Positions 38,774 through 48,675 of a DNA stretch of 64,000 nucleotides are shown here, in pieces (the stretch's first letter is position 1; each line of letters opens with the position of its first letter). The notes beneath the pieces were generated by a model that saw nothing but the letters and a program-made list of their open reading frames with translations, did no database searches and was not told where the DNA came from. The translations under genes were made by a program, and so were the position numbers. The DNA is from Candidatus Methanoperedens sp. (lineage in GTDB: Archaea > Halobacteriota > Methanosarcinia > Methanosarcinales > Methanoperedenaceae), in the NCBI GenBank assembly GCA_012026795.1, contig VEPM01000023.1:2455-66454 (forward strand), in the 5' to 3' direction.

Positions 38774-39451
38774 TCAACTATTAACTATCTTTCCATCTTC
38801 AATCCTTATTGTCCTGTCAGCATACTGAGCAGTCCTGATATCATGAGTGACAAGAATTATTGATCTCCCCTGGTCATGCAGGTTTTTGAAAATCTTCATT
38901 ATCTGATCTCTGGCCTTTGTATCAAGATTTCCAGTTGGTTCATCCGCAAGGATAATGGATGGTTCATTTGCAAGTGCCCTTGCTATAGAAACTCTCTGTC
39001 TCTCTCCACCTGATAGCTCCGTAGGCCTGTGCAGTATTCTATCTTCCAGTCCCACATCCCTCAAGAGGACTTTTGCCCGCTCGATCCTTTTTTGTTTCGG
39101 GATTTCCTGGTAAATCATAGGAAGCTCAACGTTCCTCAGGGCATTCAATCTGGCAAGAAGATTAAAATTCTGAAAAACAAAACCTATTTTTCGTCCTCTG
39201 ATCTTTGCCAGCTCGTCATCGGATAAATTTGAGGTGTCAGTATCATCAATAAATATTTTTCCTGTTGAAGGCCTATCAAGGCATCCTATAAGATTCAATA
39301 ACGAACTCTTACCACTCCCGGAAGGCCCCATTATTGCCACAAACTCTTTTTTTTTAATAGCTAAATATACATCTTTAAGAACAGGCACAGCCATATCTCC
39401 AAGTTGATATACTTTATTAATATTTTCAACCACAACCACATTACCAGACAT
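38774..39451 (-). CDS. ABC transporter ATP-binding protein (LolD/MacB type)
   Basis: GPSGSGKS, LSGGERQRV, ILADEPTGNLD, LVTHD. Confidence 0.96.
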   Translation of the reverse strand: MSGNVVVVENINKVYQLGDMAVPVLKDVYLAIKKKEFVAIMGPSGSGKSSLLNLIGCLDRPSTGKIFIDDTDTSNLSDDELAKIRGRKIGFVFQNFNLLARLNALRNVELPMIYQEIPKQKRIERAKVLLRDVGLEDRILHRPTELSGGERQRVSIARALANEPSIILADEPTGNLDTKARDQIMKIFKNLHDQGRSIILVTHDIRTAQYADRTIRIEDGKIVNS

Positions 39452-39659
39452 ATAGCTTTTTCATAGAATCAATAGTTTAAAAGTTTTCCGCATACTTCTT
39501 AATAACTAAAATAAAAAACTTCATATATCATGAACATTATGTTTGAACTGAGTGTGAATGGAATAATCCGGAAAAGGGGATGCAAAAATGGTATTATGTT
39601 TCGTGACTCATGATTGGATTACCTTTTCTGATTGAAGAATTCCTGACGGAGTTGATGGT

Positions 39660-39920
39660 ATGAAAAGAACTAGAAGAACATCGATGGAACTTATCGTTGA
39701 GATTCTAAGAGCTTGCTGCAATGGTGGTGTAAATAAAACAAAAATTGTTTGTTCGACAAACTTAAATTCTAAAATCACAAATGAATATCTGAAGTTTCTA
39801 ATTGAAAAGGAATATATAACCAATGGGAACCATATATTTCAAATTTCTAATAATGGTAAGAAATTCCTGACCCAGGTTAATGAAATAACCCCATTACTAA
39901 ATATTAAAAGATTAAAATAG
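39660..39920 (+). CDS. Winged-HTH transcriptional regulator, copy 1
   Basis: RRTSMELIVEILRAC..GVNKTKIV..TNLN...YL..LIEKEYI. Confidence 0.85.
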   Translation: MKRTRRTSMELIVEILRACCNGGVNKTKIVCSTNLNSKITNEYLKFLIEKEYITNGNHIFQISNNGKKFLTQVNEITPLLNIKRLK

Positions 39921-40193
39921 TATAATTAAAATATTATTTTATTTTTCTGTGTTATGTGTATAAAAATAATCATAGGTATATTTGAAAAACGATAAATATA
40001 TATGCAAAGAAGCTGTTAAATAAATTCTTAATAAAAACGGTATGGGATTGTGGTGCTTATATGATTGAAAGTGTGGATTAAATCATATCTCTGACCAGTA
40101 AATCTGGAAAAAAGGGGAATTGTAACAACAAGTAAAACATTAATGTGAACCACATCCCGGGAGAATTTGGTATTATTAGTTGGTGGTGGTATC

Positions 40194-40445
40194 ATTAAAC
40201 GAATTAGAAGAACAAAAATGGAACTTATGATTGAAATTCTAAGAGCTTGCTGTAATGGTGGTGTAAACAAGACTAAAATTAGTTATTCTTCGAACTTAAA
40301 TTCTAAAATCACAAATGAATATCTGAAGTTTCTGATCGAAAAGGAATATATTATCAATGGAAATGATAAATATCAAATTTCCAAAAATGGTCTGGAGTTC
40401 CTGAATAAGATCATTAATATACAAACATTACTTAAAAAACAATAA
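40194..40445 (+). CDS. Winged-HTH transcriptional regulator, copy 2 (ATT aligns with the ATG of copy 1)
   Basis: Near-identical paralog, including identical NLNSKITNEYLKFLIEKEYI; alternative TTG start at 40167. Confidence 0.85.
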   Translation: MKRIRRTKMELMIEILRACCNGGVNKTKISYSSNLNSKITNEYLKFLIEKEYIINGNDKYQISKNGLEFLNKIINIQTLLKKQ

Positions 40446-40580
40446 TACAATCAGATTTAATATAATGAGCATAACAATGATAATTATTATATTTAAAAAG
40501 CGATAAAGATATATGCAAGAAACGCTTGTATGTTGTATCCTCAAACCAATGAGGAAAAAAAGGAGTATGGTGAATGGTTT

Positions 40581-43500
40581 ATGATTAGAAATGGAATTAG
40601 GAAAACATTTATTATTATTGTTATTTTAATATTAATTGGACAGGTCGCTCAATCTACCGAGGAATATAATTTAAGCGGCTATGTATCAAATATTAATGGC
40701 GATGTATTAGGTGGGGTGCAGGTAAATAATGGCTTTTATAAGAATACCACATCAACAAATGGATTTTATTTGATCACCGGTCTGCCGAATGGTACTTATA
40801 ACTTCAGTTATTATAAAAAAGGATATTATATTAGTTATTTACCAGTTACAATCAGCGGTAAAGATAATACGACTGCTAACCTTAAATTGCAGGCGGAACC
40901 TGTGGCTAAGGATACCGTCGCACCGGTCATCACCCTACGAGGCCCGAATCCAGTATCTGTTGAAACAGGCTCCTCATATACCGATGCAGGTGCAACTGCA
41001 TTGGATGATGTTGACGGTAATATTACCTCTTCCATAATAACTGTCAATCATGTTAAAACAGCAGTCGTTGGCACATATACTGTCACCTATAATGTAAAAG
41101 ACTCAAACAACAATAATGCCGATCAGAAAACAAGAACGGTCAATGTGGTAGATACAAAAAAACCTGTCATCACCGTACTTGGCCCTAATCCAGCAACCGT
41201 TGAATCAGGCTCCTCATATACCGATGCAGGTGCAACTGCATCGGATAATGTTGATGGTAGTATCGCAGTTACAAAAACAGGTACTGTAAATACATCAAAA
41301 GTCGGAACATATACTATCACATACACAGCTACCGACTCCTCAAGCAATACTGCAACAGCATCAAGAACGGTAAATGTAAAGTATACGAATAAACCGCCTG
41401 TCCAGGCTCCAATCGGTCCTAAATCAGTTTCAGAGCAAAATATATTGAGTTTCACGGTATCAGCCACTGATCCGGAACATGATCCGATAACGTATAGTAC
41501 AAACGCCAAAGGATATCTGAATCCTTCCACAGGCCAGTTCACCTGGACGCCCACATATGGGGATCAAGGTATTTACACATGGACTTTCACTTCTACGGAT
41601 AGCTCTAAAGGGGCAGCAAGTGAAACGATAACGGTTACAGTGAATGATGTGCTATTGAATATAATATTTTCTGAACCTACTGCCAGTCCGACGACACAGA
41701 TAGGTCAAGGAATGTGGTTTAGGATATCCCTTAATAGAGCAGCCAATGTAACCTGGTATATAGATGATTCTATTGTTAATAAAAGTTCAAATGTAGCAGA
41801 ATCAGGCTACTATAACAAAACAATAGGTGTTGGGACACATACTGTTAAAGTAATTGCCTCTGATGGTTATGATTCAGTCTCAAGGACATGGGGCTGGGCT
41901 GTTGATGGTGGCACTGGAAAGATTCATAATAAAAATACAGGAATAAATTACAACACCATTCAGGCGGCAATAGATGATCCTTTAACTTTAGATGGGCATA
42001 CGATATTGGTAGACCCTGTTACCTATAATGAGAATGTGATAGTGGGAAAAAGACTGACTATAAGATCGGAGCCTGCTGGTGCAGCCATAACATCAAATAA
42101 GAACGATACGATCTTTAAAGTAACAGTGCCCTATGTAAATATCAGTGGATTCTCAATATCGGGTGCTAAGGATACAGGTTCAAAAATCGCAGGGATATAC
42201 CTTACTAATGCAGCACATCACAGCACTATTTCCAATAATGAAGTAACAACCAGCAACTACGGCATTTATCTGGATGCAAGCAGCAGCAACATCCTTGATC
42301 ATAACAATATTTCGAATAATCAAGGGGTACCAAATGAATTTTGTTTCCTGGATACTTGCATACCTCTATATGGAACCTCTTCAGGCCATGGCATATATCT
42401 AACCAACTCGAACAATAACAAGATAATACACAATAAAGCTAATTCGAATTATATCGACGGTATCTATCTGACTAATTCCCACAATAATACCTTAACTGAC
42501 AATAATGCAAACTCTAACACTGAAAATGGTATTTATCTGAACAATTCTAATAAAAACAATCTCACCAGCAACATAATGGATGGAAATAAATATAATTTCA
42601 AGCTGGATGCGAATTCTGATTCAGATCTTAATAACAAAATCGACACAAGCAATAAGGTGGACGGAAAACCAATCTATTACTTAAATGGAGCTATAAACAC
42701 AATTTATGATTCGTCTAAAAATGTTGGAACTTTCTATTGTATAAACTGTGCAAATATAACCATTAAAGAGCAGGATTTGAAGAATAACGGTGTTGGAATA
42801 TTATTATGGAATTCAAGTAATGCCAGAATATATAACAACAATCTAACTGGTAATCAGAAGCAGGCAATAGTAAACGGTGGAAATGGTAATGTCTTTAACC
42901 TCACATCAGAAACCGGAGGCAATTACTGGAGCGATTATACTGGCACAGATGCTAACAGTGACGGCATTGGCGATACACCATATGTAATAATTGCAGGGGT
43001 GCAGGATGCCTATCCTTATATCAAAGCGAATGGCTGGAAGCTTCCCAGGGAACTGTCGATTAAAATAAATGGTGGTGAAAGTTTAACTCTTGTTTCGAAT
43101 GTAACTCTAAATTTATCTGCAAAAAATGCAAATGAGATGAGGTTCAAGAACGAAAGTGGCGACTGGACCGGCTGGGAACCCTTTAATTCCACGAAACTAT
43201 GGACCCTATCCGGCGGCAGTGGCCTGAAAACCGTTTATTTTGAAGCCAATAATAGTGCGGGTACATCTGTCCCGGCAAAAGATGAGATTATGCTGGGAGG
43301 AAGTGGTGGCAACACTGGCAGTAGCGGCAGCAGTGGCAGCAGCGGCGGAAGCGGCGGGGGCGGTGGAGGAGGAGGTTCCGGTGAGAATTACTCCAATATC
43401 GAAGTAATTGAGAAATATGACCTGGCTATTTACAAGGATAAGCTCACATCATACATATTCAAAGACAATAGAAATCCAATAAGGTTTGTTAATATAACAG

Positions 43501-44039
43501 GTGATGTGAATGCAGGGGAAATTACCTCAATGATAGAAGTCCTGAGAGGCACTTCCACATTATTAGATGTCGCTGCGCCCGGGTTGGTTTATAAAAATGA
43601 AAATATCTGGATCGGCACAACCAGTTTCGCAGCCCGAAAGAGTATGAAGGATGCAGTCATAAGATTCCGGGTTGAGAACTCCTGGATGGCAGACAATAAT
43701 ATCCAGAGCGAGGATATTTCGATTTTTAAGTGGGGTGGAATATGGAACAAGCTGGAAACAAAAGAAGTTGGTGAAGATGACAGCTACCATTATTTCGAAG
43801 CAAAGACAGATTCCTTCTCCCATTTCGCAATAAGCGCACTTAAAGGTGGAGGAGGACCAGTAGGAGGCGGAATATTTCCGGTATCTGTGCCAAAGCAAAC
43901 ACCTGCTCAAGAAGTCAAAACCTATGTTCTGCCTTACAGAGGGACAACTGAAAAGGCACCCGGTGCAGAAGGATTTGAAGTTATTTTGACTGTAGCTGCA
44001 TTTTCAATGCTATATGTATTATGGCACAGAAGAAGGTAA
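40581..44039 (+). CDS. Large surface protein: carboxypeptidase-regulatory-like, two DUF5011 Ig repeats, cadherin-like, NosD/CASH beta-helix, PGF-pre-PGF, PGF-CTERM-like anchor
   Basis: Signal peptide; 240-bp DNA repeat (40921/41161) encoding YTDAGATA; N..GIYL..S.NN beta-helix; G/S linker; HFSHFAI-like end (FSHFAI); APGAEGF, TM helix, RRR. Confidence 0.88.
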   Translation: MIRNGIRKTFIIIVILILIGQVAQSTEEYNLSGYVSNINGDVLGGVQVNNGFYKNTTSTNGFYLITGLPNGTYNFSYYKKGYYISYLPVTISGKDNTTANLKLQAEPVAKDTVAPVITLRGPNPVSVETGSSYTDAGATALDDVDGNITSSIITVNHVKTAVVGTYTVTYNVKDSNNNNADQKTRTVNVVDTKKPVITVLGPNPATVESGSSYTDAGATASDNVDGSIAVTKTGTVNTSKVGTYTITYTATDSSSNTATASRTVNVKYTNKPPVQAPIGPKSVSEQNILSFTVSATDPEHDPITYSTNAKGYLNPSTGQFTWTPTYGDQGIYTWTFTSTDSSKGAASETITVTVNDVLLNIIFSEPTASPTTQIGQGMWFRISLNRAANVTWYIDDSIVNKSSNVAESGYYNKTIGVGTHTVKVIASDGYDSVSRTWGWAVDGGTGKIHNKNTGINYNTIQAAIDDPLTLDGHTILVDPVTYNENVIVGKRLTIRSEPAGAAITSNKNDTIFKVTVPYVNISGFSISGAKDTGSKIAGIYLTNAAHHSTISNNEVTTSNYGIYLDASSSNILDHNNISNNQGVPNEFCFLDTCIPLYGTSSGHGIYLTNSNNNKIIHNKANSNYIDGIYLTNSHNNTLTDNNANSNTENGIYLNNSNKNNLTSNIMDGNKYNFKLDANSDSDLNNKIDTSNKVDGKPIYYLNGAINTIYDSSKNVGTFYCINCANITIKEQDLKNNGVGILLWNSSNARIYNNNLTGNQKQAIVNGGNGNVFNLTSETGGNYWSDYTGTDANSDGIGDTPYVIIAGVQDAYPYIKANGWKLPRELSIKINGGESLTLVSNVTLNLSAKNANEMRFKNESGDWTGWEPFNSTKLWTLSGGSGLKTVYFEANNSAGTSVPAKDEIMLGGSGGNTGSSGSSGSSGGSGGGGGGGGSGENYSNIEVIEKYDLAIYKDKLTSYIFKDNRNPIRFVNITGDVNAGEITSMIEVLRGTSTLLDVAAPGLVYKNENIWIGTTSFAARKSMKDAVIRFRVENSWMADNNIQSEDISIFKWGGIWNKLETKEVGEDDSYHYFEAKTDSFSHFAISALKGGGGPVGGGIFPVSVPKQTPAQEVKTYVLPYRGTTEKAPGAEGFEVILTVAAFSMLYVLWHRRR

Positions 44040-44099
44040 TTTTAGAAAAATTTTATCACACGAAAGCAAATTATAAGCATTAATACAATATATCAGGAA

Positions 44100-45302
44100 G
44101 TGATGGGAACCCGGATAATACAGACTTCAAAATCTCTTAAAGAAATGACCATCGCTATCGGGATTACTGGCAGCATAGCCGCGGTCCGGTGTGTGGAGCT
44201 TGCGAGGGAACTACGAAGGCATGGCGCTGATGTCCATGCTGTAATGACTGATGCTGCCCGGAAGATCATACACCCTGAAGCAATGCGCTATGCTACAGAT
44301 AATCCTGTTATAACAGAAATAACAGGAAATGTAGAGCATGTAAATTTTTGCGGCATGGGCGGAAGGGCATCTTTACTTTTGATCGCTCCATGCACAGCGA
44401 ATACCATTGGAAAAATAGCACATGGGATCGATGATACAACTGTCACTACCTTTGCGACAACTGCTTTTGGTTCAGGTATCCCGATCATCATTGTTCCCGC
44501 CATGCATGAATCCATGTATGACCATCCCGTAGTCATTGAAAACATTGGAAAACTTACGGAACTCGGAGTTGAGTTTGTAAATCCCGTAACAGAGGAAGGT
44601 ACTGCAAAAATTGCCAGTATTGAAGAAATAGTACTCAGGGTTGAAAGGGCTGCCGGAAAAAAGACGCTTTCAGGCAAGCGGATAATTATCACAGGAGGCG
44701 CAACAGCCGAGACCATCGACCCGATCCGGATATTGACGAACCGCGCCTCGGGGAAAACAGGTATCGAAATGGCACTTGAAGCATTCAGGAGAGGCGCTGA
44801 TGTTACTCTTGTTCACAGGAATTGCCTTGGGATACAGGGGATCTGCGAGTTCTATGCAGAAAGCGCACAGGATATGATAGATGCTGTTATCGAAGAGCTT
44901 GGTAAAGGATATGATTTACTGATTAGTGCTGCTGCAATCTCTGATTTCACAGTAATTCCTTCAAAGGATAAAATAAAGTCCGAAAAAGAGTTCACCCTGG
45001 CATTGAGACCAGCGACTAAACTTATAAAGGAAGCGCGCTTTAAATTTCCGGATTTGAAAATAATAGGATTTAAAGCAGAAACAGGGATATCTGAAGAAGA
45101 GCTTATCAAGCGTGCCAGGAAGTCGATGGATTCATCAAATCTAAATATGGTTGTTGCAAACGATGTATCTTCCGGGGGTATGGGGACAGAAGAAAATAAT
45201 GTTTATCTGATCGATGGCTCTGTCAAACCTGTCTCTGGTACGAAGCGCCAGATAGCAATAGAGATCATGGATAAGGTCGAAGAGATTATGAGGAATAAAT
45301 GA
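44100..45302 (+). CDS. coaBC: Phosphopantothenoylcysteine decarboxylase/ligase
   Basis: GITGSIAA, APCTANT, PAMH, TNRASGKTG, SAAAISDF, GFKAET, VVANDV. Confidence 0.95.
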   Translation: MMGTRIIQTSKSLKEMTIAIGITGSIAAVRCVELARELRRHGADVHAVMTDAARKIIHPEAMRYATDNPVITEITGNVEHVNFCGMGGRASLLLIAPCTANTIGKIAHGIDDTTVTTFATTAFGSGIPIIIVPAMHESMYDHPVVIENIGKLTELGVEFVNPVTEEGTAKIASIEEIVLRVERAAGKKTLSGKRIIITGGATAETIDPIRILTNRASGKTGIEMALEAFRRGADVTLVHRNCLGIQGICEFYAESAQDMIDAVIEELGKGYDLLISAAAISDFTVIPSKDKIKSEKEFTLALRPATKLIKEARFKFPDLKIIGFKAETGISEEELIKRARKSMDSSNLNMVVANDVSSGGMGTEENNVYLIDGSVKPVSGTKRQIAIEIMDKVEEIMRNK

Positions 45303-45586
45303 AGATAATCACTATTGACCCATGCTTCACAAAAGGCGATGAGGACCTTTTCAGCGGCGAAGCTGAGCTTGGTGCTATAAAAATTACACCGCCTGCGATC
45401 GAAGAACTCAAAAAACAGTTTGACAGCGTGCAGGTTACACCTGGTAACGAGATGATAATACTTACAAATCCTCCGGTTGAAAAAATAATAATTTTCGATA
45501 CGGGGCGTGTAATAATCAGGCGAATCGCAAGTAAAGATCTTGCGATAAGCAGATTTGGGCTGATTGAAAATTTACTTGTAAAATAG
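45299..45586 (+). CDS. Hypothetical protein
   Basis: ATGA overlap with coaBC; 95 aa, beta-rich (IIFDTGRVIIR). Confidence 0.6.
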   Translation: MKIITIDPCFTKGDEDLFSGEAELGAIKITPPAIEELKKQFDSVQVTPGNEMIILTNPPVEKIIIFDTGRVIIRRIASKDLAISRFGLIENLLVK

Positions 45587-46555
45587 GAGATTCATTAATC
45601 CGAACGCAAGTACTCCAGCAAGAAGGGGAGAAACTACCCATGCGATCAATATTTTCTTAACGACATCACCTTTTACAACATGCATTCCGCTATTAGCGCA
45701 TCCAATGCCGATTATCCCAGCGGCGACGATTTCACCTAATGAAACCGGTATCCCTCTTATGGATGCTATATGGACTATGAAAGCTGATGTGAATTCCACG
45801 AATGTAGCTCTTATTACGCACAGTTCAGTGATTTCTTTCCCAACTGTATCAAGCACCCTCCCTCCCATAAGTAATGCGCCAAAGCCAATTGCAAGACCTG
45901 CGAAAATCGCTCCTGGAATGGATCCTATGATCCCTGCTCCCACAAAAGGACCAACTGCATTTGCAGCATTATTGGCGCCTGCGGAATATGCAACATAACA
46001 GCCTGAAATAGTCAAAAGAATATTGAGGGATTTCCTTATTGAAGCATCGGACTGATGGTGGTCTGCCAGCCAGATAAGGATATGGGTATAAAGATATTTC
46101 CCCATTAAATAAGCGAGCACCCATGCCAGGATTGGAGTGATGATCCACCAGCTTACAATATAACCAATAAAAGCTACATTTATTTTTGAAGCTCCATAGA
46201 AGAACCCGATCCCGACAACAGACCCGACTGCTGCCTGGCTTGTAGATATCGGAACTCTTAGAATATTGGCAAGAAAAACAGTAATTCCGGATGCAGCTAC
46301 TGCAATAATAGCGCCTTCCAGAACGATTGTTCCCGCCGGAAGAATCCCTGTCCCAAGTGACTTGATAACCTCACCCCCATCTATTACTGCACCAAGTACG
46401 GAAAATACGCCAATAAGTAATACAGCCTGGTATTTTGTCCTGACTTTTGCCCCGTATGCAGCACCCATTGATGCGGCAGCATTATTACCGCCGATATTAA
46501 GTCCCATGAAAAGAGAAACAGCAACTGCAATTATAAAAATAAATGAAAGATCCAT
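45572..46555 (-). CDS. PiT family inorganic phosphate transporter
   Basis: GLNIGGNNAAASMG and AGANNAANAVG signature repeats, PISTSQA. Confidence 0.92.
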   Translation of the reverse strand: MDLSFIFIIAVAVSLFMGLNIGGNNAAASMGAAYGAKVRTKYQAVLLIGVFSVLGAVIDGGEVIKSLGTGILPAGTIVLEGAIIAVAASGITVFLANILRVPISTSQAAVGSVVGIGFFYGASKINVAFIGYIVSWWIITPILAWVLAYLMGKYLYTHILIWLADHHQSDASIRKSLNILLTISGCYVAYSAGANNAANAVGPFVGAGIIGSIPGAIFAGLAIGFGALLMGGRVLDTVGKEITELCVIRATFVEFTSAFIVHIASIRGIPVSLGEIVAAGIIGIGCANSGMHVVKGDVVKKILIAWVVSPLLAGVLAFGLMNLLFYK

Positions 46556-46635
46556 AATATGTTTTTCAACTCAGGCTCAGTAAGGTAACATTATAATATA
46601 AAGTAATATTATCGGCAAAAATTGACACATCATTG

Positions 46636-47430
46636 TTATTCAACAATAATCCCTGCATATCCGACAACGGCCGAAAAATCCCCGGTTGCATCGCCGCTCG
46701 TACTGTAATTGAGTAATGTTGTTTTTTTTGCACCAAGTTCCTTTGAGGCCGTAAGCATTGCAGCAATCGGGCCATATCCGCAAACTGAGGCATTGCGTTC
46801 GTACAATTTCCGGTAAAAACCGGGAATATCCATTTCAAGAATTGAACTTATGAAATAAGTATCGTCCCAGCGCGCAACCTTATCCGGTTTATAATGGGAG
46901 AAATCACTTGATGCTATTATCACGATTTTTTTATTCACCTTGCGTACAGCTTCGGCAAGTTCCATCCCTACATCAAGAGCTGTTTCTTCATCCTGCATCC
47001 CCATACATATAGGAACTATTTTGAAATTACTGAACCTGTGCTGCAAGAAAGGAAGCTGTACTTCTATTGAATGCTCGTACTTATGAGCAGCTTCGTCAGT
47101 ATCGATGATCCTTCTGGGCAATGCCTTTATGAATTCCATATCTGAATCAATTTCACCCATAGGTGTGCTCCATTTTTCACTTGATACAGATACAGGGGAG
47201 CCATATCCTGTATGATTTGGCCCTAACAGGACAAAAGTGTCAGCCTCTGGCAGCGTTGAATATACATAAGCTGCGGTTTTTCCCGAATAGATATAACCCG
47301 CGTGAGGAACAACGGCTCCTAAAACCTGTTTCTTACCAGAGGGTACACCTTCAAAGCATCGGCTGATCTCCAGTTCCAGGTCGTTTTTATTACGCGGGTA
47401 AAATTGCCCCGAAACTGCCGGAGCCCTCAT
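46636..47430 (-). CDS. MEMO1 family protein (AmmeMemoRadiSam protein B)
   Basis: PAVSGQFYP, PHAGYIYSG, GPNH, EHSIEVQLPFLQ, ASSDFSHY, VCGYGPI. Confidence 0.95.
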   Translation of the reverse strand: MRAPAVSGQFYPRNKNDLELEISRCFEGVPSGKKQVLGAVVPHAGYIYSGKTAAYVYSTLPEADTFVLLGPNHTGYGSPVSVSSEKWSTPMGEIDSDMEFIKALPRRIIDTDEAAHKYEHSIEVQLPFLQHRFSNFKIVPICMGMQDEETALDVGMELAEAVRKVNKKIVIIASSDFSHYKPDKVARWDDTYFISSILEMDIPGFYRKLYERNASVCGYGPIAAMLTASKELGAKKTTLLNYSTSGDATGDFSAVVGYAGIIVE

Positions 47431-47442
47431 ATTCTCATCCTT

Positions 47443-48069
47443 TTAAAGCTCTGCTTCGAAATCCGCTACTGTATGGGTTATAGTGTCTCCTCTTTCCTCA
47501 AGGGTCTTTTTTGCAAGGAGCCAGTATATCAGAGCGAGCGCTTTCCTCCCTTTATTGTTTGTTGGAATTACAAGGTCAACATTACCTAATGAATTGTTGG
47601 TATCGCAAAGGCCAATCACAGGTATACCGATATTGACTGCTTCGTTTACTGCCTGCATATCCCCTGCTGGATCTGTTACCACAAGAATATCTGGTTCTAT
47701 GAACTTATGTAGTTTTGGGTTTGTCATTGTACCCGGGATAAACCTTCCTATTTCTGCTCTTGCGCCTATTACCTTTGCGAACATTTCCGAAGGATAATAA
47801 CCATATTGTCTTGCAGATACGACCAGGATCTTTTGCGGGTCATATTTTGCAAGCAATTTTGCTGCAAGTCTTATTCTCTGGTCGGTTGCCTGTATATCCA
47901 GCACATATAAGCCATCAGTCCTGACGCGATATACAAAGCGCATCATTTCTTTTGTTTTTTGCTGGGTACCAATATGTATCCCAGCAGTCAGATATTCGTC
48001 CTGCGGAATGATCGATTCATAACCAGTATCCTGTTTTACATCCTGTTTTATATCAATAATATCTTCCAT
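47443..48069 (-). CDS. rps2: 30S ribosomal protein uS2
   Basis: [33 protein letters not shown]. Confidence 0.97.
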   Translation of the reverse strand: MEDIIDIKQDVKQDTGYESIIPQDEYLTAGIHIGTQQKTKEMMRFVYRVRTDGLYVLDIQATDQRIRLAAKLLAKYDPQKILVVSARQYGYYPSEMFAKVIGARAEIGRFIPGTMTNPKLHKFIEPDILVVTDPAGDMQAVNEAVNIGIPVIGLCDTNNSLGNVDLVIPTNNKGRKALALIYWLLAKKTLEERGDTITHTVADFEAEL

Positions 48070-48082
48070 TTAAACACACACC

Positions 48083-48286
48083 TTATGAAGCCATTTTTAA
48101 TTCTTTTTCTTTTACTGTTCTTTTCACTGTTATCGGGATTACTCCCTGTTCCAATTCTGCCAGAGCCAAATCTATAGGCTCACCTTTATCAATATCTATC
48201 AAAACCGGTGCCCCAAGGGAGATCTGAAGCGCCCTTGCACCGATAAGTCTTGCACGCTCATATCGAGTCAGCTTTATTTCTATCAC
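48083..48286 (-). CDS. rpoK: RNA polymerase subunit Rpo6
   Basis: [22 protein letters not shown]. Confidence 0.97.
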   Translation of the reverse strand: MIEIKLTRYERARLIGARALQISLGAPVLIDIDKGEPIDLALAELEQGVIPITVKRTVKEKELKMAS

Positions 48287-48408
48287 TAAATCACCTCAAA
48301 AATAACCTTAGTACCTTAAAGTTCAATGAATTCAATTGTTATGCATATTTTTCCCGGAGTCCCTCCGGGAGTGGTTCATGTTCTTTTCAATAGCCGTGTC
48401 CTGAGAAA

Positions 48409-48483
48409 TGGGGTTGCTGAGATTTGAACTCAGGTCACAGCGTCCCGAACGCTATAGGATGGACCAGGCTACCCTACAACCCC
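48409..48483 (-). tRNA. tRNA-Pro(CGG)
   Basis: GGGGTTG acceptor pairs with CAACCCC; anticodon loop TTCGGGA; GTTCAAATC T-loop; usual position between rpoN and rpoK. Confidence 0.95.
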
Positions 48484-48486
48484 TCC

Positions 48487-48672
48487 TTACTGGTACGGTG
48501 CCAGGAGGTCCACTAACTCTACATGGGTCAGCAGCATTCGCCTGCAGCAGTATCGTTCAATTCCAAGATCAGTGAGGACTTTACCTGCGTCCTCGGTCTG
48601 AATTCGTTTCTTGTATTCATCCCAGACACCTGAGACGACTTTACCGCATGAAAAGCATCGTACCGGTATCAT
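48487..48672 (-). CDS. rpoN: RNA polymerase subunit Rpo10
   Basis: [11 protein letters not shown]...[11 protein letters not shown]. Confidence 0.97.
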   Translation of the reverse strand: MIPVRCFSCGKVVSGVWDEYKKRIQTEDAGKVLTDLGIERYCCRRMLLTHVELVDLLAPYQ

Positions 48673-48675
48673 GTT

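Noticed and set aside
43300-43382. GGC/AGC microsatellite-like tract
   Set aside because: It encodes the usual Gly/Ser linker before the PGF-pre-PGF domain.
48352-48370. TCCCGGAG/CTCCGGGA hairpin between tRNA-Pro and rpoK as a terminator
   Set aside because: On the operon strand it is followed by A rather than U residues, so its role cannot be assigned.
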